A DNA stretch of 64,000 bases from positions 63,702-127,701 of the forward strand of contig JBOFRT010000308.1 in the NCBI GenBank assembly GCA_051651165.1, written 5' to 3'. A program made the position numbers and the translations under genes. Under the pieces are notes generated by a model. The model did no database searches, was not told the origin of the DNA, and saw only the letters and a list, made by a program, of their open reading frames with translations. This document shows positions 30,254-39,099 of the stretch, piece by piece; position 1 is the stretch's first letter; each line of letters opens with the position of its first letter. This DNA comes from Cetobacterium sp. Lineage in GTDB: Bacteria; Fusobacteriota; Fusobacteriia; Fusobacteriales; Fusobacteriaceae.

Positions 30254-32455
30254 TTAAAAGAACAGTTTTCCTATTTGGAATACTAATGTTGAAGCTATAT
30301 AAGGTACAACTAAAAGTAATCCAACTACAAATCCTGTAAATTTATATCCGAACTCTTGCTTTATAGCTCCTAAAGTTACTACACAAGGAACCACTAGTAA
30401 GATATATACCATAAATGAATAAGCTCTTAAAGGAGCTAAATCATCTGTCCATAAAGCTCTCGTTGCTGCCACAACTCCGCTTCCCTCTTCCTCGATTTCA
30501 TCTGCATCCGGCACTGAGAATAATCCACCTATATCAAAACTTAAAATTCCAACAACAGAATCCTTAATAGCCACTCCTAAACCTGCTACTTGATCTACTG
30601 TATCTTGTAAGAATGTCGTTTCTTCAACTTCTTCATCTCCAATTTCACCTGCAATATCATCAACTACTAAAACTTGAGCCATAAATCCTACAACAATCTC
30701 TTTAGCTGCTAAGCTTGGAGGTATAGCCGCTACTGTTTCCCATCTATTAGCAAAACCTGTTGGCTGTAAAATAGGTTGGAATGTTTTTCCAAATTTAGCC
30801 ATATAAGAGTTTGCAGTGTCTCCATTATTCGGGAAATACGTTAGAGCCCATAAAATCATTAGCATACCCATAATAATTGTTGTTGCTTTCTTTAAGTAAG
30901 AAGCTGTTCTAGTTAAAGTAGATTTTAATATAACTCTTAAACTTGGTACTCTATATGGCGGTAACTCTATAAGTAAGGCTTTTCCTTCAGCTTTAAACAT
31001 CTCAAAATTCTTTAAAACTAATCCTGTTAATATTGCTACAACAATTCCTAATACATACAGTGACATTACAACCAATCCAGCTTTCGCTCCAAAGAATGCA
31101 GCTGTGAATAGTCCGTATACAGGAAGTCTTGCTCCACAAGACATAAATGGAGCCATTGCAGCTGTCAACCTTCTTGAAGAATCATCTTCTAAAGTTCTTG
31201 TTGCATATATTGCTGGTACAGTACATCCAAATCCAAGAACCATTGGAACAAAGGCTTTACCATTTAATCCTAGTTTTGTCATTATCTTATCCATTAAGAA
31301 AGCAACTCTAGACATATATCCACTCTCTTCTAATATAGCTAAGAAGAAATACAGATAAAGCATCAATGGAACGAATACAAGCACTCCACCTACTCCACCT
31401 AAAATTCCATCCATAACTAGTGATGCTAGCCAATCCGGTGTATTTTCATCTATTAACATTCCTACATACTTTCCTATGTAATCACTTACAAATCCATCTA
31501 CCCAATCAATTAATGGAGCCGATCCATTGAATACTGTTCCCATTAAGCCAACTATAATTAAAAAGAAGATTGGTAATCCTAAGTATTTATTTAATAAAAC
31601 TCTATCTACTTTATCTGTAAAATCCAATCTAGATTTTATCGACGTTGTAAACGTTTTTGCTAAAATACCTTTTACAGTTCCGTATCTACCCTCTGCAAAT
31701 ATTGTTTCAATATCTTCATCATGGTCATCTTCTAACTGCTTTGTCTTTTTCACTATTTCAGAATCTAATTCATAACTATATTCTGACTTTAAAATCTCTA
31801 TTACATGCGAATCTTGCTCTAATAATTTTATAGCCAAGAAGTCTTCCCCTAATTTTTTAGAAGCTTCTCCTAACTTTTCATTACAATTTATTTTACACTT
31901 AACCTCTTCTATCGCTTCTTGTAAACAACTATCAAATAAAAGGTTATATTTTACATTTTCTTTTTTTGCTTTTGCAACTTCTAAAGCTTTATCTAATAAC
32001 TCTTGTAGTCCTGTTCTCTTTGTTGCTGATGTCATAACTACATCCATTTCAATCATATCAGTAAACTTTTTCATATCTAATTTATAATTTAACTTTTCAA
32101 ACTCATCATAGAAATTTAAAGCCATAATCATAGGTTTTTCTAACTCTTTTAAAAGCATTGTTAGATATAGATTTCTTTCTAAATTTGTTGAATCTACAAT
32201 GTTTATTATTACATCTGGTTTTTCATTTATTATAAAATCTCTTGTAATTGTTTCTTCTAAAGTATACGGACTTAAACTGTATACTCCTGGTAAATCTATA
32301 CACTGAATTCTCTCACCTTTATAATCAAACTCAGCTTCCTTTTTCTCTACTGTAACACCTGCCCAGTTTCCAACTTTTAAATTAGATCCTGCTATTGCGT
32401 TTATTAATGCTGATTTCCCAACATTAGGATTTCCTGTAAATGCTATTTTTATCAT
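30254..32455 (-). CDS. feoB: Ferrous iron transporter FeoB
   Basis: GNPNVGKS, GNWAGVTVE, DLPG, GFGCTVPA, FMSCGARL. Confidence 0.97.
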   Translation of the reverse strand: MIKIAFTGNPNVGKSALINAIAGSNLKVGNWAGVTVEKKEAEFDYKGERIQCIDLPGVYSLSPYTLEETITRDFIINEKPDVIINIVDSTNLERNLYLTMLLKELEKPMIMALNFYDEFEKLNYKLDMKKFTDMIEMDVVMTSATKRTGLQELLDKALEVAKAKKENVKYNLLFDSCLQEAIEEVKCKINCNEKLGEASKKLGEDFLAIKLLEQDSHVIEILKSEYSYELDSEIVKKTKQLEDDHDEDIETIFAEGRYGTVKGILAKTFTTSIKSRLDFTDKVDRVLLNKYLGLPIFFLIIVGLMGTVFNGSAPLIDWVDGFVSDYIGKYVGMLIDENTPDWLASLVMDGILGGVGGVLVFVPLMLYLYFFLAILEESGYMSRVAFLMDKIMTKLGLNGKAFVPMVLGFGCTVPAIYATRTLEDDSSRRLTAAMAPFMSCGARLPVYGLFTAAFFGAKAGLVVMSLYVLGIVVAILTGLVLKNFEMFKAEGKALLIELPPYRVPSLRVILKSTLTRTASYLKKATTIIMGMLMILWALTYFPNNGDTANSYMAKFGKTFQPILQPTGFANRWETVAAIPPSLAAKEIVVGFMAQVLVVDDIAGEIGDEEVEETTFLQDTVDQVAGLGVAIKDSVVGILSFDIGGLFSVPDADEIEEEGSGVVAATRALWTDDLAPLRAYSFMVYILLVVPCVVTLGAIKQEFGYKFTGFVVGLLLVVPYIASTLVFQIGKLFF

Positions 32456-32464
32456 GTCTATCTC

Positions 32465-32692
32465 CTATCCATCTATCTCTATTTCAATATTTTGTGCATC
32501 TTGCTTTCTTATAGCGATATTCGTTGATTTAACAATAAATTCTTGTGGATCTCCTAAAGGTGCATTTCTTTCTAATTTAATAATCTCTCCGTTAGTTACT
32601 CCCATATCAACTAACCTCTTTTTCAATTCGCCAATTTTCCCAATCTTGACGATTTTTGCTGATTCTCCTCTTTTTAATTCTGTTAACTTCAT
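32465..32692 (-). CDS. feoA: FeoA
   Basis: LKKRLVDMG...APLGDP...AIRKQDA. Confidence 0.95.
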   Translation of the reverse strand: MKLTELKRGESAKIVKIGKIGELKKRLVDMGVTNGEIIKLERNAPLGDPQEFIVKSTNIAIRKQDAQNIEIEIDG

Positions 32693-32718
32693 TCAAGCCT
32701 CCCAACTCATTTAGTCAT

Positions 32719-32747
32719 AAATATATTTTGATACACAAAGTATATTT
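32719..32747. promoter_or_regulatory. Palindrome containing the TTTGA-N3-(T/A)CAAA iron-gene motif
   Basis: AAATATATTTTG-ataca-CAAAGTATATTT between the two feoA genes. Confidence 0.6.
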
Positions 32748-32786
32748 GGAAAAATTTAAATCACAGGCATAACCCGTGATTTAATC

Positions 32787-33008
32787 TTACTCATTTCCAA
32801 TTATTATTTTGTTTGCCAACCCAAAATTTAATACGTACTTTGTCTCATTTATTTTAACGATATAGTTACTTTGATCATCTCTTAGTAAACATATCTTATT
32901 TCCAATACAAAAACCTTTTTCTGTCAGTCTACTCTTATCTTTATCTCTACCTTTGATCTCTTTTATAACAAACTCTCTATTTTGTTCTGCAAAAACTAAT
33001 GGCGTCAT
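32787..33008 (-). CDS. feoA: FeoA (second copy)
   Basis: MTPL...SRLTEKGF..G....IVKINETKYVLNFGLANKI. Confidence 0.88.
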   Translation of the reverse strand: MTPLVFAEQNREFVIKEIKGRDKDKSRLTEKGFCIGNKICLLRDDQSNYIVKINETKYVLNFGLANKIIIGNE

Positions 33009-33047
33009 AGAATAAACCTCCTAGTAATAATTTCTATTTATACCAGA

Positions 33048-33076
33048 ATTATATTCTATGACGTAACATTTGTCAA
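33048..33076 (-). promoter_or_regulatory. feo operon promoter
   Basis: Minus-strand TTGACA (33071-33076), 17 bp, TATAAT (33048-33053). Confidence 0.85.
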
Positions 33077-33105
33077 GAATAAAACTTTAATAATCAAAGC
33101 TTTAC

Positions 33106-34050
33106 TTATGCAAATAGATCTTTTATGCTGTGAAGCATAACACTTCTTATATTTGGACTATCTTTAGATAGCTCTTCAATCATTTTTTTAACTTTTAAAC
33201 GTTTTGAGTTATCGCTCGTTTCATAAGGACAATCATTATGAAGTATTGGTAACCCTAATTTCTTTGCATATCTAATAGTTTCTTTCTCTTCAACATATGC
33301 AAGGGGTCTAATTACTTTCAGTCCATACTCTTCAGAATCATAAGCTGGTTTCATAACTCCCATATTTCCTTGATATAATACATTTAATAGGAATGTCTCT
33401 ACAATATCATCCTTATGATGTCCTAAAACAAGTTTATTTATATTTTGCTCTTTCATAGCTTTATATAAAATTCCTCTTCTTACTCTAGCACACATAAAAC
33501 ATGGATTTTTCAACTCATCATTTGTTAAGATACTCTCTCCTATAGATGTTTCAATAACTTGTAACTCTGTACCTAATTTTCTACAATACTCTTTTATATC
33601 TTCATATTTTCCACCCTCTTCAACTGGGTGGATATGAATTGGAAATATTTCAAACTTTATTCCTGATATCTTTTGAATTCTTATTAAGGCATTTAAAACA
33701 GTTAAACTATCTTTCCCTCCAGAAATACCAATAGCTACTCTATCTCCCTCTTCAATCATATTATAATCGTGCATAGCTTTTCCTATTGGACTCCATAGAC
33801 TTTTTTCAAATCCCTTATCTTGAATAAAAGCTAAAATTTCTTTTTCATCTAATCTATTCAATGAAATTTTCAACCCTGTTTGTTTATATATCTTATCTAT
33901 TAGTTTTATTATTTTATTTTGTGAATATGAAATCTCTATCTTGATTTCCTCTTTTGAATTGATTACTAAAACTTTTTCCTCTTGTACCTCAAATGTGTAT
34001 GCTTGAAAGACATATCCATTTAAATCCTTTATATTATCTATCTTTAACAC
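33106..34050 (-). CDS. ttcA: TtcA-family PP-loop tRNA thiolation protein with N-terminal extension
   Basis: SGGKDS, PCFMCARVRRG, LGHHKDD..ET, IRPL, CP; GTG start. Confidence 0.75.
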   Translation of the reverse strand: MLKIDNIKDLNGYVFQAYTFEVQEEKVLVINSKEEIKIEISYSQNKIIKLIDKIYKQTGLKISLNRLDEKEILAFIQDKGFEKSLWSPIGKAMHDYNMIEEGDRVAIGISGGKDSLTVLNALIRIQKISGIKFEIFPIHIHPVEEGGKYEDIKEYCRKLGTELQVIETSIGESILTNDELKNPCFMCARVRRGILYKAMKEQNINKLVLGHHKDDIVETFLLNVLYQGNMGVMKPAYDSEEYGLKVIRPLAYVEEKETIRYAKKLGLPILHNDCPYETSDNSKRLKVKKMIEELSKDSPNIRSVMLHSIKDLFA

Positions 34051-34053
34051 TTA

Positions 34054-34860
34054 CTATTCTCCTTTTTTCTCTTCAGATACATATCCTAATACATAATCTA
34101 AATTTATATTTTTCATTGAATTAAATATACTTTGCTTTATTTGTGGGTTAGTTTTTTCTAATGTTGCTAAAAGATTCTTAATCTCTTTTCTTTTTGAATC
34201 AACTTTTCCAGATTCAATTGGACAACCACAAGCCATTGCTGCTATTTCATTTTTCTTAGTAAAGTTAATGATATCTTGCTCTTTTATATAAATTAGTGGT
34301 CTTATTAACTCCATCTTTCCACTTGTCGATTTTACCTTAGGTATCATCGTTTTTACCGTTCCAGCATAAAACATATTTATCATCGCTGTCTCTACCATAT
34401 CATCAAAGTGATGTCCTAAAGCTAGCTTATTATATCCTAATTCCTCAACTTTATTATAAAGAACTCCTCTTCTCATCTTTGCACATAAGAAACAAGGACT
34501 ATCCGGAGATGACTCGAATGCAATCTCCCATACATTTGCATCAAAAATTTCACATGGAATGCCTAACTCTTCTAAATTTACTTTAAATTGCTCTAAATCC
34601 ATCGATCCAAACCCAGGGTTCATAGATATAAATGCTACCTCAAAATTTTTACTTCTATCTTTCTTTAACTCTTGGAATAGTTTTGAAAGTAGTAAGCTAT
34701 CCTTTCCTCCAGACACACCTACTGCAATTTTATCCCCATCTTGAATTAAATCAAAATCTTTTATAGCCTTCATGAATTTAGACCATATCTTTTTTCTATA
34801 TGCTGTTCTTATAGAATACTCAACCATATCTTTTTTTGTTTCAAAAACTTTTTCTTCCAT
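34054..34860 (-). CDS. ttcA: TtcA-family tRNA 2-thiocytidine biosynthesis protein
   Basis: SGGKDS, PCFLCAKMRRG, LGHHFDD..ET, IRPL, CGCP. Confidence 0.85.
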   Translation of the reverse strand: MEEKVFETKKDMVEYSIRTAYRKKIWSKFMKAIKDFDLIQDGDKIAVGVSGGKDSLLLSKLFQELKKDRSKNFEVAFISMNPGFGSMDLEQFKVNLEELGIPCEIFDANVWEIAFESSPDSPCFLCAKMRRGVLYNKVEELGYNKLALGHHFDDMVETAMINMFYAGTVKTMIPKVKSTSGKMELIRPLIYIKEQDIINFTKKNEIAAMACGCPIESGKVDSKRKEIKNLLATLEKTNPQIKQSIFNSMKNINLDYVLGYVSEEKKGE

Positions 34861-34982
34861 TTTCCCTCCAACTAAATTCTATAGGTTTTCATTCAATTAT
34901 ATCATGCTTGCAAAAAAATTAACAATTCTTTTTTTTTGTGTTAAAATGTTCTTAATCTTAATCAATGAGGTGAATAAAATTT

Positions 34983-35333
34983 ATGAATAAAATAGAAACT
35001 GCTGTTTTAGATTTTCTAAAAAGTGGAATGGTTTATAGTGACGGTGCTATTATGAAAAATCTTGGTATCGATGAATTAGAATTAGAAAATATCTATGCCT
35101 CTCTTACAAAACAAGGATATTTAGAAAGTTATGAGGATTTTTTAAAAAGAAATCCTGATTATGAAAAAGGTGAAGAGGAACACTCTTGTGGCGGATGTAG
35201 CTCTGGTGGATGCTCTTCTGGAGGGTGTAGTTCAGGTGGATGTAGCTCTGGTGGATGCTCTTCAAAAGACGAAGATATTGACTACTCTAAAATTAAAGTT
35301 TTAACAGAAAAAGCTTTTATCTATTCCTATTAA
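34983..35333 (+). CDS. Small winged-helix-like protein with Cys-rich (GGCSS)x5 loop
   Basis: 116 aa; GAGGTG RBS; helix-turn-helix-like N-terminus ending L.K.GYL, Cys repeat, closing KVLTEKA. Confidence 0.75.
   Translation: MNKIETAVLDFLKSGMVYSDGAIMKNLGIDELELENIYASLTKQGYLESYEDFLKRNPDYEKGEEEHSCGGCSSGGCSSGGCSSGGCSSGGCSSKDEDIDYSKIKVLTEKAFIYSY
35190..35264 (+). repeat. Five tandem 15-bp coding repeats (GGCSS)
   Basis: GGN GGN TGY WSN TCN x5; identical 26-mer at 35193-35218 and 35238-35263. Confidence 0.9.
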
Positions 35334-35369
35334 AAATAAGGAGGACATACTTCATTGTCCTCCTTATTT
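35333..35369. terminator. Bidirectional terminator
   Basis: AAATAAGGAGGACA...TGTCCTCCTTATTT. Confidence 0.85.
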
Positions 35370-35800
35370 CAAAATATTTTATTTAATTTTGACCCACCAC
35401 TTATCTGAACATCAGCTACCACTTTAGAAATTTCATTTGATAGCTCCTCCATAGAAACATCGTAATTAAAAAACCAATAAAAATTATAACCTGGTGATGA
35501 AGTTATACAGATTGCTTTTAATTTTAAAAATTTAAAACTAAATGTATCTAACGTTCCCAATTGAAAAAGAGGTATTGAAAATATTTTTATTCTATTTCTA
35601 AGTTTAAAAACTCCAATTAGTCTAGTATTTGTTATTAAAAACGAATTTATTTTATTATCGTATGCTGTATAAAGAGTTTCGTTTGGATATATTATATCTT
35701 TATTGTCTGGATTTCTTAAAAAATTAACTACGTTAATTTTTTTCATTTTACTCATAGGTACTAAAAGAAACATAAAAATAACTTTGAATCCTGTAAGCAT
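35369..35800 (-). CDS. Hypothetical protein, bacterial PH-domain-like
   Basis: ETLYTAY......LITNTRLIGV......IFSIP pattern resembling bPH domains. Confidence 0.5.
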   Translation of the reverse strand: MLTGFKVIFMFLLVPMSKMKKINVVNFLRNPDNKDIIYPNETLYTAYDNKINSFLITNTRLIGVFKLRNRIKIFSIPLFQLGTLDTFSFKFLKLKAICITSSPGYNFYWFFNYDVSMEELSNEISKVVADVQISGGSKLNKIF

Positions 35801-35868
35801 AGGTCTAACTCCTTTTAAATTTTATACCCTATTCTTACTATTCTCAACATCCGTTTCTTTTTTAGAAT

Positions 35869-36270
35869 CTAAAAATTTATAGTCTCTAGTAAAGCATTTT
35901 CCTCTTCATCTAAATATGCATTTTCTAATAACTCTTCTGCCCATGAGTATTTTTCTTTTATGCTATTTAATATATATATTGCCGTTACTTTTACTATTGG
36001 TGTTTCACTCCACATAGCTCCACTTAAAAATCTAAAATCATTTTCTTTAGATTTTTTTATTTTTTTTAAAAGTTCTATGCAATTTTCACATAAAAATATA
36101 CATCTATCATAATCTGGTTCATCCTTTGAAGGTGGAACTTCAAAAACTGAAAGTTTAACTCCTGTTGCTTCACATAGTTCACATTTTGATTTTGATCTTC
36201 TAGCTAAATTTTTTCCAAATCCAGAAACTATATTTAATCTCTCTTGGTGTTTATCAAATCCTTTTGCCAT
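35869..36270 (-). CDS. PhnA-like zinc-ribbon protein
   Basis: LARRSKSKCELC...VPP...CIFLCENC...AMWSE. Confidence 0.7.
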   Translation of the reverse strand: MAKGFDKHQERLNIVSGFGKNLARRSKSKCELCEATGVKLSVFEVPPSKDEPDYDRCIFLCENCIELLKKIKKSKENDFRFLSGAMWSETPIVKVTAIYILNSIKEKYSWAEELLENAYLDEEENALLETINF

Positions 36271-36288
36271 AATTTTTCTCCTTCTATT

Positions 36289-37179
36289 TTAATTTTTTCT
36301 AAAAGTCCAAGCTAAAACTCTACTTATCTTTTGACCCTGAGTCATCTCTAAAACTTTACACTTAGCTCCTAATTTTTCAAGAACTTTTATTGTTGGTTTT
36401 AAATTATCTTTATTTGATACTAAAGATGTAAAATAATATACTTGAGATGCAAACATTGCACTCTCTTTTGCCATTTTTTTTAAGAAAAGACGCTCTCCAC
36501 CAGGACACCATAATTCAGCTTTTTGTCCACCAAAGTTCAAACCTTTTTTTATCTCTTTATTACCTTTATTTAAGTTATCAACTTTTCTTTTATTTGCCTT
36601 TAACGCTTCCTCAAGTGACGAATGAAATGGCGGATTACACATTGTTAAATCAAACCTATCTTCTTTTTCAATAACTCCTACAAAGATATGATTTTTATCC
36701 TTTTGAAGTTTTAAAGTGATTTTATTTTTTAAACTATCGTTTAAATCAACAATTTTTTGAGCATTTTCTATCGATTTCGGATCTATATCTGAAGCTAAAT
36801 AGCTCCAATCATATGATTGACTTCCGATTATAGGATATATACAATTCGCACCTGTTCCTATATCTAATACTTTTACATTTTTCTTTTTTGATAACAACTC
36901 TGCTATGTAGTGAATATAATCAGCTCTTCCTGGAATAGGAGGACATAAAAACCCTTCAGGTATATCCCAATTATCTACATTATAATAGTTTTTTATTAAA
37001 GCTTTATTAAGACAAACAACTGCACTATTGTCACTAAAATCAATTGTTTCCTCTCCCACAGGATTTTTTGTTATAAATAATTTTAACTCTGGAAGTTTCT
37101 CTATTAAAACTTTAAAGTCATATCTTCCTTTATGTGGATTATTTGGATGTAATTCACCTTTTTTTATCTTTTTTTTCAA
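36289..37179 (-). CDS. rlmF: 23S rRNA m6A1618 methyltransferase
   Basis: LHPNN.H..RYDF, LCPPIPGRADYIH, LDIGTGANCIYP, MCNPPF, NFGGQ.AELWCPGGE; TTG 37179 after AGGAGA. Confidence 0.93.
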   Translation of the reverse strand: MKKKIKKGELHPNNPHKGRYDFKVLIEKLPELKLFITKNPVGEETIDFSDNSAVVCLNKALIKNYYNVDNWDIPEGFLCPPIPGRADYIHYIAELLSKKKNVKVLDIGTGANCIYPIIGSQSYDWSYLASDIDPKSIENAQKIVDLNDSLKNKITLKLQKDKNHIFVGVIEKEDRFDLTMCNPPFHSSLEEALKANKRKVDNLNKGNKEIKKGLNFGGQKAELWCPGGERLFLKKMAKESAMFASQVYYFTSLVSNKDNLKPTIKVLEKLGAKCKVLEMTQGQKISRVLAWTFRKN

Positions 37180-37246
37180 CAGTAACAATCTCCTTTTTAA
37201 CTTTTATTTTAAATTAGTTTAACATTTTTAGTTTTAATAAGCAATG

Positions 37247-37298
37247 AAAGAGGTCCTATCAAAAAGTTTTTTCCCCTTCTTTTTGATAAGACCTCTTA
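37247..37298 (-). terminator. Long hairpin terminator after symporter
   Basis: AAGAGGTC.TATCAAAAAG...CTTTTTGATA.GACCTCTT. Confidence 0.75.
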
Positions 37299-37308
37299 AT
37301 TTTTTATT

Positions 37309-39099
37309 TTAAATTGAACTAACTTCACTCACAGAAACTTTATTTTTTATTTTTGGTGTGCTAGCTTTATTTAAGAAATACCCTATTGTTGAATTTGTTA
37401 ATCCAATCAATAGAAGGGTTATTCTTCCAAAAGTAGGATTAGGTATAATCACTAACATTGATAGTATTATTCCAAATGCAAATATCAATTTTCCTAAAAT
37501 ACTTCTTTGAGTGTTATCTAACTCATTTTCATCTGATTGAGGTGCTATAACCTCTGTCGAAATATTATTAAAGAATTTATTATAAGATGCTTCTCTCTCT
37601 TTTGACTTAAATCCTTTAAAGAATAACTTTGTTGACATAAAGAACCCACAAGTTATTGTCAATTGTGCCCCTAGCCCAATAACAATCTCTAAGTCTTTTG
37701 CTTCTCTAGCAGTAAACGGAACTGCTAAATTAAGAGTGTTAGCTACCCAAATTGGATTATATAACTTCATAACTGCAAATGAAACCATAAATCCTACTAA
37801 TACCGTTGCCCAACCAGCCCAATCTGGAGTCTTCTTCACAACATAACCTAATAATCCCGGGATTAAAATTGGTAAATCCAATAGTGTTCCAATCATAAGA
37901 GTTATTGTAAATAAACTCAAGTTATTAAATTTATTTAATATTAAAGCGATTGAAATTATCATCACTCCAAAGAAGAATGTTACAACTTTACTAACTGACA
38001 TCATCTGTTTTTCTGTCGCATTTTTATTTACAATTGGACAGTAGAAACTTTTGATTACTATTCCAGCGTTTCTATTCAGTGCTGAATCCATAGACGACAT
38101 CGTCGCTGCGAAGATTCCCGACATCATAATTCCAGCCATTCCAGCAGGCATCTCTTTCTTTATAAATGCTAAGTAAACACCATTTGTTATAGATTTTCCT
38201 AGAGTTGACAATCCCCAAGTTGTTACATCTGGATTAAATGCTGACATATACCAAACTGGTAAGAACCACACTAAAGGCCCTATCAACATAAGTCCCAATG
38301 CTAATAATGCTCCTTTTTTTGCGTTCTTAGTATCTTTAGCAGAGAAGAATCTATATGCTCCACCTGTTAAACTACTCACACTAAAAAACTGCTTACAGAA
38401 AATCATTATAAACCAGATTGCAAACAACCAAACATAGTTTATGTCTGGACCAACTATTTTATTAGTTGGAAGTCCCATATTTAAAATATTAAAGAATCCT
38501 CCACCTTTTATCGATGCGACTATCGCACAAGCTACCGTTCCTACCATTAAAATTATCATCTGCATAAAATCCGATGCTATTACAGCCCATGCTCCACCTG
38601 TTAAAGACATAAATAAAACAACTAATCCTGTCACTATTATAGTAATATCTATCGAAACTTCAAATACAGCACTTGCAAATATTGCTAGTGCATTTAACCA
38701 AACACCCGCCGAGATTATATTTGGTAACATAATTGCCCAGGTAAAAGCTTGCTCACTTGTATTTCCAAATCTCATTCTTATTCCCTCTATCGGAGTTGCA
38801 ATTCGTAATTGTCTTGCTTTCGGTGCAAACCATAAGAAACAAGTTAAATATCCTAATGCATTTGCATAGAATACAACAACTGGACCAATTCCTTTTGTAA
38901 ATGCATCCCCTGCCATTCCTGTAAAAGTCATAGCACTAAATTGAGTCATAAAAGCTGTTCCTCCAACCATCCACCACAACATTTTTCCTCCACCAGAAAA
39001 ATAGTCACTTGTTGAATTCGAAGCATGCTTTTGGAAGAAGTATCCTATCGCCATCATAAACATAAAGTAAATTACGATTACCAATATATCTATTTTCAT
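37309..39099 (-). CDS. Sodium:solute symporter, ToaA-like oligouronide transporter
   Basis: SDYF.GGG.MLWWMVG.TAFMTQFSA.TFTG.AG, FAATMSSMDSALNRNAG; recalled similarity to Vibrio oligo-alginate symporters. Confidence 0.8.
   Translation of the reverse strand: MKIDILVIVIYFMFMMAIGYFFQKHASNSTSDYFSGGGKMLWWMVGGTAFMTQFSAMTFTGMAGDAFTKGIGPVVVFYANALGYLTCFLWFAPKARQLRIATPIEGIRMRFGNTSEQAFTWAIMLPNIISAGVWLNALAIFASAVFEVSIDITIIVTGLVVLFMSLTGGAWAVIASDFMQMIILMVGTVACAIVASIKGGGFFNILNMGLPTNKIVGPDINYVWLFAIWFIMIFCKQFFSVSSLTGGAYRFFSAKDTKNAKKGALLALGLMLIGPLVWFLPVWYMSAFNPDVTTWGLSTLGKSITNGVYLAFIKKEMPAGMAGIMMSGIFAATMSSMDSALNRNAGIVIKSFYCPIVNKNATEKQMMSVSKVVTFFFGVMIISIALILNKFNNLSLFTITLMIGTLLDLPILIPGLLGYVVKKTPDWAGWATVLVGFMVSFAVMKLYNPIWVANTLNLAVPFTAREAKDLEIVIGLGAQLTITCGFFMSTKLFFKGFKSKEREASYNKFFNNISTEVIAPQSDENELDNTQRSILGKLIFAFGIILSMLVIIPNPTFGRITLLLIGLTNSTIGYFLNKASTPKIKNKVSVSEVSSI

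Noticed and set aside
35190-35264. Short repeats as a CRISPR array
   Set aside because: Contiguous in-frame 15-bp units without spacers and with synonymous variation.
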